DNA from: an uncultured Bacteriovoracaceae bacterium
GTDB taxonomy: Bacteria; Bdellovibrionota; UBA1018
Assembly (NCBI GenBank): GCA_964536965.1
Contig: CAZIAL010000004.1
Span: 6,614-70,613, forward strand
Length of the DNA: 64,000 nt
Reading direction: 5' to 3'
Part shown: one piece after another, positions 18,022 to 27,230 of the stretch
Layout: each line of letters begins with the position of its first letter
Position numbering within the stretch: position 1 is the stretch's first letter
Notes under the pieces: model-generated
The model's database searches: none
Told to the model about the DNA's origin: nothing
What the model saw: the letters and a program-made list of their open reading frames with translations, nothing else
Position numbers and translations under genes: made by a program

Positions 18022-18723
18022 ATGCAAACCTTTGGAAAAAAAACGCTCGTCGCCATCCTGGGCGCCCTTTCTCTCGCTGCCGTCGCGGGAGTTTCCCCAT
18101 CGGCTAGCGCCGCCGAAGCGGCGACGACCGCCGTGAACAGCTGTCTAGGAAACATTTGTGTCGGGATGTCGGTGAGAATCAACTACGGTCACTGGGCCGG
18201 ACACTCCGGCGCCGTCGTCGGCGTCGATCACTATAACCACACGATCACCGTCGTGAACTCGAGTGGATACTACCTTTACCCGTCGCTGAACGAGGTTTCG
18301 CCGATGCATTCGGGAAATCCTTCCTATTGCACGGGTAGCGTCTGTGTCGGCGATCGCATCCAGGTTCTCGGGGGCGCTTCGCGCGGACTGATCGGTCAGG
18401 TCGTCGCAACGAACGATTATAGCTACACGGCGACGGTGCTTCTGCCGAGTGGACGGTATCTCGAGACGAGTGTTCGGAATCTCCATGTTCTCTCTCGGAA
18501 CACGGGAAGCTATCCACGTCCGGGTAATCCATCCCCATATCCGAACCCTCGCGTCTGCCCGCCGGGCCAGGTCTATGACTATTATCGCGGCTGCGTGCGC
18601 GTGAGTTCTCCCTATCCGATCCCGCCTCGCCGGGTCGAACCGCCGCGCAACCCGCGGTATCCGCGCCAGCCCTCCTGTCCTCGCGGAACCGTGAATCGTA
18701 ACGGCCGCTGCCAGCGGTACTGA
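18022..18723 (+). CDS. secreted tandem-repeat, Cys/Pro-rich small protein
   Basis: ATG at 18022 with GGAGGAG 8 nt upstream. Signal peptide MQTFGKKTLVAILGALSLAAVAGVSPSASA. Two repeats of about 57 aa follow, then a Pro-rich tail with two CPxGxV...C loops. Confidence 0.75.
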   Translation: MQTFGKKTLVAILGALSLAAVAGVSPSASAAEAATTAVNSCLGNICVGMSVRINYGHWAGHSGAVVGVDHYNHTITVVNSSGYYLYPSLNEVSPMHSGNPSYCTGSVCVGDRIQVLGGASRGLIGQVVATNDYSYTATVLLPSGRYLETSVRNLHVLSRNTGSYPRPGNPSPYPNPRVCPPGQVYDYYRGCVRVSSPYPIPPRRVEPPRNPRYPRQPSCPRGTVNRNGRCQRY

Positions 18724-18731
18724 TCGTGAAT

Positions 18732-18771
18732 AAAAAAAGGCCCCCGGAAGAAATTCCGGGGGCCTTTTTTT
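18732..18771. terminator. bidirectional rho-independent terminator
   Basis: AAAAAAA-GGCCCCCGGAA-gaaa-TTCCGGGGGCC-TTTTTTT. It sits between two convergent genes. Confidence 0.9.
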
Positions 18772-18814
18772 ATGGAGCCGATCGGCGAAGCGCGAATGGC
18801 GCGATCGCCGAAAA

Positions 18815-19165
18815 TTACTCGTCCGATTCTTCCATCACCGGCGGAGCCATCGAAAGGGTCGCGGTAGTCGCTGCGCCCTTATGGCTCGTAATGATTTCTT
18901 TATGCTTCTTCAGCTGTTTTTCGAGTTTGGTGACCGCACTGTCGACCGTCGCATAGGCGTCGTCGGCGTGCCCTTCTCCGAAGAAATCGAGATGGCTGCC
19001 GACGATGTGGCAGTGGGAGATGAATTCGCCATGTTCCTTGTCGAACGTCCATGTGACATGAATCTTGCCGTCGAAATACTTTTTCAGCTTTTCCGATTTC
19101 TCGGTCGCGTAGGCGCGAAGGCTGTCGGAGGATTCCATGTGCTTGAAATGAATGTCGAGAATCAC
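18815..19165 (-). CDS. hpf: ribosome hibernation promoting factor (short HPF/RaiA family)
   Basis: VILDIHFKHMESSDSLRAYATEKSEKLKKYFDGKIHV aligns with the HPF N-terminus. The GTG at 19165 has GAGGT 7 nt upstream. An alternative GTG at 19210 would add 15 aa. Confidence 0.85.
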   Translation of the reverse strand: MILDIHFKHMESSDSLRAYATEKSEKLKKYFDGKIHVTWTFDKEHGEFISHCHIVGSHLDFFGEGHADDAYATVDSAVTKLEKQLKKHKEIITSHKGAATTATLSMAPPVMEESDE

Positions 19166-19213
19166 GTTAGGTACCTCATCGGTTAGGAAGCGTCCGTCGC
19201 GGACGCTCACCGA

Positions 19214-20734
19214 CTATAGAACCTTTTTGCGTTTGCTCGAAGAAAGAATTCCTAGCATGTCGCGATATTTGGCCACGGTCCGGCGCGCAATATCGATATT
19301 ATCTTTCGCTAACAACTCGACGATCTTCTGGTCGGAGAGCGGATTCTTTGGGTCTTCTTTGGAAACCAGCTGACGCAGCTTTTCCTTTACCGCTTCGCTC
19401 GCCAAGGCTTCGGAGCCATCGGACGACTGGATCGAGGAGTTAAAGAAATATTTAAGTTCGAAGATTCCGACCGGAGTGTGGACGTACTTATTCGTCGTGA
19501 CTCGCGAAATCGTGGATTCATGCATGCCAATGTCGTTGGCGACATCCTTCAGGATCATCGGCTTCAGCAGCTGGACGCCTTTGTCGAAAAAGTCACGTTG
19601 TCGGCGGACGATCGCTTCGGTCACTTTATAGATGGTCTTCTGGCGGTTGTGGATCGAACGAATCAGCCATACGGCCGAGCGCAGCTTTTCCTGCACATAG
19701 TCCTTCGTATCCTTGCTGCCTTTCGTCGGATCGGCCTTCGCGTTCTGGAGGACCGATTTATAATAGGGTGAAATCCGAAGTTTCGGCAGGCCGTCTTCGT
19801 TCAGCGAGATGACGTACTCATCCGCGACCTTATAAACGTAGATGTCGGGCGTGATGTAATGCGTGTCCGAGCTCTGGAAGTTTCGGCCGGGCTTCGGCTC
19901 GAACTCCATGATCACCTTCGTCGCTTCGACGATCGCCGGGAGCGGCATTCCGAGGGCTTTCGCGATTCCCTGATAGTTCTTCTTTTCGAGGTCGCTGAGG
20001 TGTTCGCCGATGATTTTTTCGACGAGCTCCTGCCGGGGAGTCAGGAACTTCGCCTGGAGCAGGAGGCACTCGCGTAGGTTGCGGGAGCCGACGCCGACCG
20101 GATCGAAGTTCTGGATCATCTTCAGCACTTCTTCGGCATCTTCGAGTTCGAGGCCGGATTCCCGCGCGATATCCTCGAAAGAGGCGTTTAAATAGCCGTC
20201 GTCGGTCAGGTTGCCGATAATTAGTTGTCCGAACTTAATTTCGTCATCCGCGAGGCTGGCCATGGAGAGCTGCCACATCAGATGTTCTTCGAGCGTCGAC
20301 GTTTTCGTCAGCGCGTTTTCGAAGCTCGGAAGATCGTCGAGACTTTCCTTCATCGACGGCGCGGTCATGGACGACGAGTTGTAATCGTCGATGTAGTTTT
20401 CCCAGTTCATGTCGTCCGGGTTTTCGGAATTCGTCGGCGCGAGTTGTTCTTCGGTCGTCTTCGCGGGTTCCGCGTTGAACGCCTCTTCGTCTCGATTCTG
20501 CTGGCCTTCGGCGTCCAGGCCTCCGTCTTCCGTCAGGTTCTCGGTCTCGGCCGAGGACTCGCTGTCCGGGACTTCGCCGAGTTCTTCGAGAATCGGGTTT
20601 TCGACGAGCTCCTGGTTCACGACTTCCATCAGCTCCATGCGATTCAGCTGCAGCAACTTGATCGCCTGCTGGAGTTGCGGCGTCATCACGAGTTGCTGGC
20701 TCAGTCGTAAGCCCTGTTTGATTTCTAATGCCAT
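19214..20734 (-). CDS. rpoN: RNA polymerase sigma-54 factor
   Basis: 506 aa. The N-terminus LRLSQQLVMTPQLQQAIKLLQL, an acidic linker, and the C-terminal RpoN box ARRTVAKYR are all present. Confidence 0.95.
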   Translation of the reverse strand: MALEIKQGLRLSQQLVMTPQLQQAIKLLQLNRMELMEVVNQELVENPILEELGEVPDSESSAETENLTEDGGLDAEGQQNRDEEAFNAEPAKTTEEQLAPTNSENPDDMNWENYIDDYNSSSMTAPSMKESLDDLPSFENALTKTSTLEEHLMWQLSMASLADDEIKFGQLIIGNLTDDGYLNASFEDIARESGLELEDAEEVLKMIQNFDPVGVGSRNLRECLLLQAKFLTPRQELVEKIIGEHLSDLEKKNYQGIAKALGMPLPAIVEATKVIMEFEPKPGRNFQSSDTHYITPDIYVYKVADEYVISLNEDGLPKLRISPYYKSVLQNAKADPTKGSKDTKDYVQEKLRSAVWLIRSIHNRQKTIYKVTEAIVRRQRDFFDKGVQLLKPMILKDVANDIGMHESTISRVTTNKYVHTPVGIFELKYFFNSSIQSSDGSEALASEAVKEKLRQLVSKEDPKNPLSDQKIVELLAKDNIDIARRTVAKYRDMLGILSSSKRKKVL

Positions 20735-20791
20735 TGTGTGGAGCGGTCCTTCGTCTGCCCTGGGGGCTTCAAACTTTGTGGTCGAGGTTCC

Positions 20792-21526
20792 CTAAAACTG
20801 GAAGTTTTCTCCCAGATATTTTTCGCGAGCGATGGGGCTCTGCGCTATTTGTTCGGGAGTCCCTTTCTCAATGATTTTACCATCACTGAGTAAATATCCA
20901 ATATCACAAATCGCCAACGTTTCTCTGACGTTATGGTCCGTGATCAGGACGCCAATGCCTTGCTTTTTCAGCTTCTGGATCATTTTCTGAATATCCGCGA
21001 CCGCGAGCGGATCGATTCCGGCGAATGGTTCGTCGAGGAGAAGAAATTTCGGATCGAGGGCGAGCGCCCGCGCTACTTCGACCCGGCGTCGTTCGCCGCC
21101 GGAGAGCGTGAACGCCTTTTGGCGGGCGATATGTCCGATATTAAATTCGCCGATGAGCGCCTGGAGGCGCTTGTTCCGCTCCGCGGAGTCGAGATCGAGC
21201 GTTTCCAGGACGGCGAGAATATTTTCCTCTACGGTCATCCGGCGGAAAACGCTCGCCTCCTGGGGAAGGTAGGCGACGCCTGCGCGAGCGCGTTCGTGCA
21301 TCGGCATGTCGGAAATCTCCGAACCATCGAGGACGACCCGGCCGTCGTCCGCTTTCACGAGACCCACGACCATATAGAACGAGGTCGTTTTTCCGGCGCC
21401 GTTCGGACCGAGCAATCCGACGACCTGGCCGGACTGCACCGAAAAGTCCACGCCGCGAACGATGGGGCGGGCGTCGTACGCTTTTTTAATGTCGATGGCT
21501 TCGAGGTGGTGGATTTTACTTTCCAT
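20792..21526 (-). CDS. lptB: LPS export ABC transporter ATP-binding protein
   Basis: Motifs seen: GPNGAGKTT, LSGGERRRVE and LLLDEPFAGIDP. The position upstream of rpoN matches conserved synteny. Confidence 0.93.
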   Translation of the reverse strand: MESKIHHLEAIDIKKAYDARPIVRGVDFSVQSGQVVGLLGPNGAGKTTSFYMVVGLVKADDGRVVLDGSEISDMPMHERARAGVAYLPQEASVFRRMTVEENILAVLETLDLDSAERNKRLQALIGEFNIGHIARQKAFTLSGGERRRVEVARALALDPKFLLLDEPFAGIDPLAVADIQKMIQKLKKQGIGVLITDHNVRETLAICDIGYLLSDGKIIEKGTPEQIAQSPIAREKYLGENFQF

Positions 21527-21544
21527 GGTTCGCTTTCAGAAGGG

Positions 21545-22741
21545 CTAGAGATCTCCCGACTCGTCTTCGGGATCTTCTCCCTCGGAAAACGCGTTCGACT
21601 GGTCGACTTCGACGAGATCACTGTCGCGATGGACGATGATGGTCTCGCCCGTAATCGTATCACGGTCTTGGTACACCTGAGGATAATCCCGGAGCAGGAT
21701 CAGGTTGCGCGCGCTGTCGAATTCCGCCACGCCCGCCGTCGCGTAACGCGACTTCGCGAGACGAGTTTTTCGCCGCGGATTCGAGGCATAGTCCGCGGAA
21801 GCCTGCGGCTTTTCCTCGATTTTCACGTCGTCGAGCGCGCGCACCGTCCGGAGCTTGCGCGGATTCGCATCGATCCGGAATTCCGCCCGGCGAGAACGGC
21901 TCGTCATACCCGGCTGCGAGATCTTCACGAAACGAAGATCTTCCGGACGCGACTCCTGCATCGCGAACAGGATGATGTTCTGTTTGCGGTCGATGTTCCC
22001 GTAATCCGATTCGATCGTGGTGATCTCCGGTTCTTTTCCGGGAACCTCTTTAATCACGTGGACGATGACTTCCGAAAGAAGCTGGATACGGTCGTCGAGT
22101 CCGAGATAGCGCATTCCTTTCGCGCGAAAGTCGAATTTCTCGGCCCCCATGCCGCGACCGGTTTTAGGATCGACCGTGCTTCTTCCTTCGACGGGATAGG
22201 CGAGCGGGACGATCACCTCGCGCCGGTTCGTATGGTAGAGCATGTACGGACTGATGGTTTCGAAGCCCGTCGGAAAGGTCGTGTGGACGTCGCCGAAGAG
22301 CTCGAGATCGCGCGATTCCATGAAGTATTTCGCTTCCTTCGAAGTCACCCGGGTTACGCGTCCTTGGGCATCGTAGATGTCGGCATCGACGTCGCGAGCG
22401 TGCACGATTCCGTCGGCTTGATAAAAGAACGCGCGTTCGGCCTGGAGTCGCCATTGTTTCACTCCCTGTTGGGTGGAAACATGGAGAAAGCCCTCGACCG
22501 TGTATTCGGGTACCCGATCGGCCGGGATCGTCGGAGAAACGAAAGAGTCTTCGTAGACCGGGCGGAGGGTATCGGCACTGATCGCCTCCGGAGCTCCCTC
22601 TTCTTCTAAGCGTTTCGGACTGAAGGCGACGATCTGGAAGAAGATGACCCCGCCCACCCCGAGCGAAAGCCAGAATCGAAAACGCCGGCCCGCAGCAATT
22701 CCTTTTAAGATTAAGCGTTTAGCTCGGATCGAAGTGGACAC
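21545..22741 (-). CDS. lptC: membrane-anchored LptC-like domain fused to an LptA/OstA-like domain
   Basis: 398 aa with a GTG start and an N-terminal TM (FWLSLGVGGVIFFQIVAF). The first half is LptC-like. The second half ends ATAGVAEFDSARNLILLRDYPQVYQDRDTITGETIIVHRDSDLVEV, typical of the OstA fold. There is no separate lptA before lptB. Confidence 0.7.
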   Translation of the reverse strand: MSTSIRAKRLILKGIAAGRRFRFWLSLGVGGVIFFQIVAFSPKRLEEEGAPEAISADTLRPVYEDSFVSPTIPADRVPEYTVEGFLHVSTQQGVKQWRLQAERAFFYQADGIVHARDVDADIYDAQGRVTRVTSKEAKYFMESRDLELFGDVHTTFPTGFETISPYMLYHTNRREVIVPLAYPVEGRSTVDPKTGRGMGAEKFDFRAKGMRYLGLDDRIQLLSEVIVHVIKEVPGKEPEITTIESDYGNIDRKQNIILFAMQESRPEDLRFVKISQPGMTSRSRRAEFRIDANPRKLRTVRALDDVKIEEKPQASADYASNPRRKTRLAKSRYATAGVAEFDSARNLILLRDYPQVYQDRDTITGETIIVHRDSDLVEVDQSNAFSEGEDPEDESGDL

Positions 22742-22851
22742 CCCTCCAGGATAGACCCCCGCCGGGAAGAGCGTCTATGGGTAAGTATGGGGAAGAAAGA
22801 CGCTTTCCAAGGTTTGCCGCATTCGGTGCGACGTGTTAGCTCTACGGAGCC

Positions 22852-23940
22852 TTGAAAAATCCAAGTCCCGCGTCGCTCGATCTCCCTCGGTTTGAGTCGC
22901 GGAAGCAGAGTCACCTCGAAATTTCACTCGATCCGCGCGTCCAGGCCGCGGAGTCGGCGGGGCTCGACCGAATTCGTCTGGAACACGATGCGCTTCCCGA
23001 ACTGGATTTCGCCGAGATCGACCTCGCGACCCCGTTCCTTAAGGGAGCGACTCGACGTGCACTCGCGACTCCGTTCTTCGTCAGCGGAATGACCGCGGGC
23101 CACGCGTCGGCCGGCAAAGTGAACGCACGGCTCGCCGTCGCCTGCGCGAAGCGCGGGTGGATCTTCGGCGTGGGCTCCCAGCGCCGGGAACTCGATTCCT
23201 CTCGTCCCGTCATCGACTCGTGGTCGGATCTTCCCGCTCTCGCTCCGGGCGTGACCGTGCTCGGGAATCTCGGATTGTCTCAAGCCATCCGCTCGACTCC
23301 GGAAGAAGTTCGACGTCTCGCCGCCAACGTCGGGGCTTCGGCTTTCTGCATCCATCTGAACGCGCTCCAGGAAGTTCTGCAGCCCGAAGGCACTCCTCAG
23401 TTCGCGGGGGGGCTGCGCACGCTCCGCGCGCTCGCGGGGAAGCTGAAACTTCCTCTCATCGTGAAGGAAACCGGATGCGGATTCTCGCGCGCGACGCTGA
23501 CGAAGCTGAAGACGTTACCGCTCGCCGCGATCGACGTCTCCGGACTCGGCGGAACGCACTGGGGCCGCATCGAAGGCGTTCGCGCCGGAGCGGAAGGCGA
23601 CCGTACGCGCGAGACCGCCGCGGAAACGTTCCGGGACTGGGGCGTGACAACGGTGGACTCCGTGCGTCTGGCCGCGGAAATTCTCCCGAAAACCGTTGAA
23701 ATCTGGGCGTCCGGCGGAGTTCGCAGCGGACTCGACGCCGCGAAGCTGATCGCGCTCGGCGCGACGCGAGTCGGATTCGCCAAGCCCGCGCTCGAGGCGG
23801 CGCTCGCCGGAGAAGACGCGCTCGATCACTGGATGTCGACGATCGAGTTCGAACTCCGTACCGCGCTCTTTTGTACGGGAAAGAAAAAACCTTCGGAGCT
23901 CCGATCGATGCTCCTCCAGAAACGTGGGAAGAAGAAATGA
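22852..23940 (+). CDS. fni: type 2 isopentenyl-diphosphate delta-isomerase (FMN-dependent)
   Basis: TTG start. Motifs seen: RKQSHLEISL, GVGSQR, LIVKETGCGFS, IDVSGLGGTHWGRIE and ASGGVRSGLDAAKLIALGA. Confidence 0.9.
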   Translation: MKNPSPASLDLPRFESRKQSHLEISLDPRVQAAESAGLDRIRLEHDALPELDFAEIDLATPFLKGATRRALATPFFVSGMTAGHASAGKVNARLAVACAKRGWIFGVGSQRRELDSSRPVIDSWSDLPALAPGVTVLGNLGLSQAIRSTPEEVRRLAANVGASAFCIHLNALQEVLQPEGTPQFAGGLRTLRALAGKLKLPLIVKETGCGFSRATLTKLKTLPLAAIDVSGLGGTHWGRIEGVRAGAEGDRTRETAAETFRDWGVTTVDSVRLAAEILPKTVEIWASGGVRSGLDAAKLIALGATRVGFAKPALEAALAGEDALDHWMSTIEFELRTALFCTGKKKPSELRSMLLQKRGKKK

Positions 23941-25253
23941 AAGACCCCCGCACCCTGCTTGAAAATTTCCACCGTCTGACCCGCGAGGAACGACTCGAGC
24001 GCGTGGCCGAATTCTGCGGCCTCTCCGACGACGAGGCGAAGATCCTTTCGGGGGAAACGCCTTTCCCGCTCGCCATCGCCGAGCACCTGATCGAGAACGT
24101 CGTCGGCATTTTTCCGATGCCGATCGGCGTAGCGACGAATTTCTGCATCGACGGCCGAGACGTGCTGATCCCGATGGCCGTCGAAGAGACTTCGATCATC
24201 GCCGCGGCCTCCTCGACCGCGAAGTGGGTCCGTCGCGAAGGTTCGATTCGGACTTACGCGAAAGGGAATCTGATCATCGGACAGGTGCAGCTTCCGAATG
24301 TCCGGAACGTCGCGCACGCGAAGCGGGTTCTGACCGAATCCCGCGGCGAACTCCAGTCGCTCGCGAACGCGTGCATTCCGACGCTCGTCGCGCGTGGAGG
24401 CGGGGTTCGCGAGATCGTGATCCGCGAGATCTCCCGGCCCGCGTTCGAAGGCCAGCCCGAAGGAACGATGCTCGTTCTCCATATTCTGTGCGATCCGCGG
24501 GATGCGATGGGCGCGAACCTGATCAACCAGGTCTGCGAAGCGCTGAAGCCGCGTATCGAGCAACTGACCGATGAGCGCGTCGGTCTTTGCATTCTCTCGA
24601 ACCTCGTCGACGGTAAACTCGCGGTCGCCGAAGTCGTCATTCGCAACATCGATCCGGTGGTCGGGCAGGGGATCGTCGAGGCCTCGCTCTTCGCGAAGCT
24701 CGATCCTTACCGCGCGACGACCCATAACAAGGGCGTGCTGAACGGAATCGATCCGATCCTGATCGCGACCGGCAACGACTGGAGGGCGGTCGAGGCCGGA
24801 ATCCACGCGTTCGCCGCGCGAACCGGAAAATACCAGCCCGTCACCGAATGGAAGATGGAAAACGGAGATCTCGTCGGACGTTTCGAAGCGCCTCTCGCGG
24901 TCGGCATCGTCGGCGGCGTCACCCGGCTCCATCCGACCGCGAAAATCGCGCTGAAAATGCTCGGCATCGCTTCGTCGGAAGATCTCGGCCGCATCTGCGC
25001 GGCCGTCGGCCTCGTCCAGAATCTCGGTGCGCTGAAAGCTCTGTCGACGGTGGGGATCGTAAAGGGACATATGCAGCTCCACGCCGCGAATCTCGCGATT
25101 GCCGCGGGCGCGGGCGTGCACGAAATCGGCGAAGTCCGGGATCGGCTGAACGCGGTTCTCGAAAAGGAAAAGAAGATCAACCTTTCCCAAGCCATCGCGA
25201 TCCTCGAAGAGATTCGTCGCGCGAGTCCGGCGGAAGCGAAGGTCTTCCACTAA
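23937..25253 (+). CDS. mvaA: class II hydroxymethylglutaryl-CoA reductase
   Basis: The ATG at 23937 overlaps the fni stop (ATGA). Motifs seen: EHLIENVVGIFPMPIGVATNF, DAMGANLIN, GIVGGVTRLHP and the catalytic-His context VKGHMQLHA. Confidence 0.92.
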   Translation: MKDPRTLLENFHRLTREERLERVAEFCGLSDDEAKILSGETPFPLAIAEHLIENVVGIFPMPIGVATNFCIDGRDVLIPMAVEETSIIAAASSTAKWVRREGSIRTYAKGNLIIGQVQLPNVRNVAHAKRVLTESRGELQSLANACIPTLVARGGGVREIVIREISRPAFEGQPEGTMLVLHILCDPRDAMGANLINQVCEALKPRIEQLTDERVGLCILSNLVDGKLAVAEVVIRNIDPVVGQGIVEASLFAKLDPYRATTHNKGVLNGIDPILIATGNDWRAVEAGIHAFAARTGKYQPVTEWKMENGDLVGRFEAPLAVGIVGGVTRLHPTAKIALKMLGIASSEDLGRICAAVGLVQNLGALKALSTVGIVKGHMQLHAANLAIAAGAGVHEIGEVRDRLNAVLEKEKKINLSQAIAILEEIRRASPAEAKVFH

Positions 25254-25255
25254 CC

Positions 25256-26137
25256 GTGCGCGTCTCGATTCCGGGAAAAGTTTTTCTCATCGGCGAATAC
25301 GCGGTTCTCGAAGGCGCGCCGGCTTGGGTCGTGGCCGTGCCCCCACGTTTCGAGTGGGAAGGCGCGGGCGAGGACGGGCCGCGACCGGATTTCCATGCCG
25401 AGAGCCCGGCGGGAAGATTTCTGGCGTCCCATCCGGAGATCCGGGGAATTTACCGCGATCCGTGGAATGGACAGGGCGGTTTCGGCGGTTCGACCGCGGA
25501 GTTCGCGCTCGCCGCCTACGCATCGGGGATCCGCGACGTTACCGAGGCGTGGGAATGTTATCGGAGCCTCCTCCGACCGGGCGCGGGCGACGGCCTGCTT
25601 CCGAGCGGCGCCGATCTCGTCGGCCAGTGGCTCGGCGGCGCGATCGAATGGGATCCTCAGACGAAGCGTTCGCGCGATCTCTCCCGGGAAATTTTCGATC
25701 TCCCGATCCTTTTCTTTTCGGCGACGCATCTCCCGGGCCGGAAGACGAAGACGAACGCGCATCTCGCCGCCCTCGGCAGGACCGATCACGCTCCGCGTTT
25801 CTCGGCGCTGCGTCCGCTGGTGGAGCGGGCTCGCAAGTCGCTGAGCGACGGAAACCTCTCCGAGCTGGGTCGGGCATTTACGGCCTATGGCGACGCGCTC
25901 GCGGCGCTCCGCTGTGAAGCGGAAACGGTCACGCGGGAGCGCTCGCTGATTTCGCGCATCCCCGGAGTTCTCGGAGTGAAGGGTTGCGGAGCGCTCCAGA
26001 CGGATGCCTACGCCGTCGTCGTCGAAACGCTTGCCGACGAGCGTTTACTCGACACGGTCGTCGGCGGGCTCACGCGCGATTTCGGATTGAAGCTTCTGGC
26101 TTGCGGGATCCCGCGGGCGCGGGGGATTTATGAGTAA
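25256..26137 (+). CDS. mvaK2: phosphomevalonate kinase (GHMP family, short/divergent)
   Basis: GTG at 25256, 2 nt after the mvaA stop. Motifs seen: IPGKVFLIGEYAVLEGAPA, a degenerate motif II GGFGGSTAEFALAA, and GCGALQTDAY. The product is about 293 aa. Confidence 0.75.
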   Translation: MRVSIPGKVFLIGEYAVLEGAPAWVVAVPPRFEWEGAGEDGPRPDFHAESPAGRFLASHPEIRGIYRDPWNGQGGFGGSTAEFALAAYASGIRDVTEAWECYRSLLRPGAGDGLLPSGADLVGQWLGGAIEWDPQTKRSRDLSREIFDLPILFFSATHLPGRKTKTNAHLAALGRTDHAPRFSALRPLVERARKSLSDGNLSELGRAFTAYGDALAALRCEAETVTRERSLISRIPGVLGVKGCGALQTDAYAVVVETLADERLLDTVVGGLTRDFGLKLLACGIPRARGIYE

Positions 26138-27230
26138 GCGCGCGAGATCCCTGGGCGTCCTTGCGCGAGCTCCGTCGAATATCGCGATCGTGAAGTACAT
26201 GGGGAAAGTCGACGCGCGGAAGAACCTGCCCGCGAACCCATCGCTCTCGATGACGCTTTCGAAGCTTTGCACTTTCGTCGAGCTGACTTCGCGCGAGAGT
26301 CCGGGCCTCCCGACGATTCTCGGAGAAGGGAAACCGGCCGGAGCGACGGGGGATTCGCCGACGCTCGAAACCGCGGGCACGCAGAAATTCCTGGCTCACT
26401 TCGAACGATGCCGGGACCGCGCGCCGGCGATCCTCGAGGCGGCGGGACTCGAGTTTCGCGACCGAGGACCGGCGATGATCCGCTCGGCGAATACCTTTCC
26501 CCAGGCGGCCGGGATCGCGTCGAGCGCCTCGAGTTTCGCGGCGCTGACCGCGGCGTCGATCGCGTATTTTTCTTCGGATCTGGCGCGGGCGAAAGCCCTG
26601 ATCGCCGCCTCGGACGCGGCTTCGGCCCCTTTCCGCGAATCGCTCGCTCAGCTTTCGCGCGAAGGCTCCGGATCCAGCTGCCGTTCGTTCGGCGGACCCT
26701 TCGTTTCCTGGGAAAACGAAACGGTGACGCCCGTCGCATCGAATCTGCCACCGCTCTCCGACCTCGTCGTCGTCGTTTCGGGGGGGAAAAAAGAAGTGGG
26801 TTCAAGCGAAGCGCATCGGCGCGTGCTGACCTCTCCGCACTGGTCCGGCCGGGTCGCGCGCGCCGAGGCTCGTTATCACCTGCTCTTGCCGGCGATTGTC
26901 CGTGGAGATTTCTCCGCGTTCGCGGAGCTAGCGCGGGCGGATAGCGATGATATGCACGATCTCTTCGAAACTTCGGTACCGAGTTTCGGATACCGGACGG
27001 CGGCGACGCGCGAAGTGATCGACTATTTGCCGCAGGTGGGTTCGCCTTACGCCGTGACCCTGGACGCCGGCCCGAACGTCCATGTGATCGTTCCCCAGGC
27101 GACCGAAAGTTTCTGGAAACAGCGGCTCGTCGCGCGCTTTCCGGAGCACCCGCTCCTGGTCGATCGGCAAGGGGCGGGCGCGGAGATCATGCGGATCGAA
27201 GGCGACCCGGCATCGGGAGGTTCGGTTTGA
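26130..27230 (+). CDS. mvaD: diphosphomevalonate decarboxylase
   Basis: Motifs seen: APSNIAIVKYMGK, GIASSASSFAALTAA, SREGSGSSCRS and TLDAGPNVHV. Confidence 0.9.
   Translation: MSKRARSLGVLARAPSNIAIVKYMGKVDARKNLPANPSLSMTLSKLCTFVELTSRESPGLPTILGEGKPAGATGDSPTLETAGTQKFLAHFERCRDRAPAILEAAGLEFRDRGPAMIRSANTFPQAAGIASSASSFAALTAASIAYFSSDLARAKALIAASDAASAPFRESLAQLSREGSGSSCRSFGGPFVSWENETVTPVASNLPPLSDLVVVVSGGKKEVGSSEAHRRVLTSPHWSGRVARAEARYHLLLPAIVRGDFSAFAELARADSDDMHDLFETSVPSFGYRTAATREVIDYLPQVGSPYAVTLDAGPNVHVIVPQATESFWKQRLVARFPEHPLLVDRQGAGAEIMRIEGDPASGGSV

Noticed and set aside
19166-19210. A longer hpf start at the GTG at 19210, 3 nt after the rpoN stop.
   Set aside because: The extra 15 residues (MSVRDGRFLTDEVPN) precede the position where HPF homologues start. 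The GTG at 19165 has a better Shine-Dalgarno sequence (GAGGT). This was kept as an alternative, not a separate feature.
20933-22609. Very long antisense ORFs opposite recognised genes. Examples are 20933..22609 (+, 558 aa), 44951..46993 (+, 680 aa), 31838..34228 (-, 796 aa), 23826..25250 (-, 474 aa) and 36805..37950 (-, 381 aa).
   Set aside because: They lie opposite genes with strong family motifs (lptB/lptC, RND, rpoD, HMGR). Their translations are Arg/Gly/Asp/Pro-rich and low in complexity. Stop-poor antisense frames are expected in GC-rich DNA.
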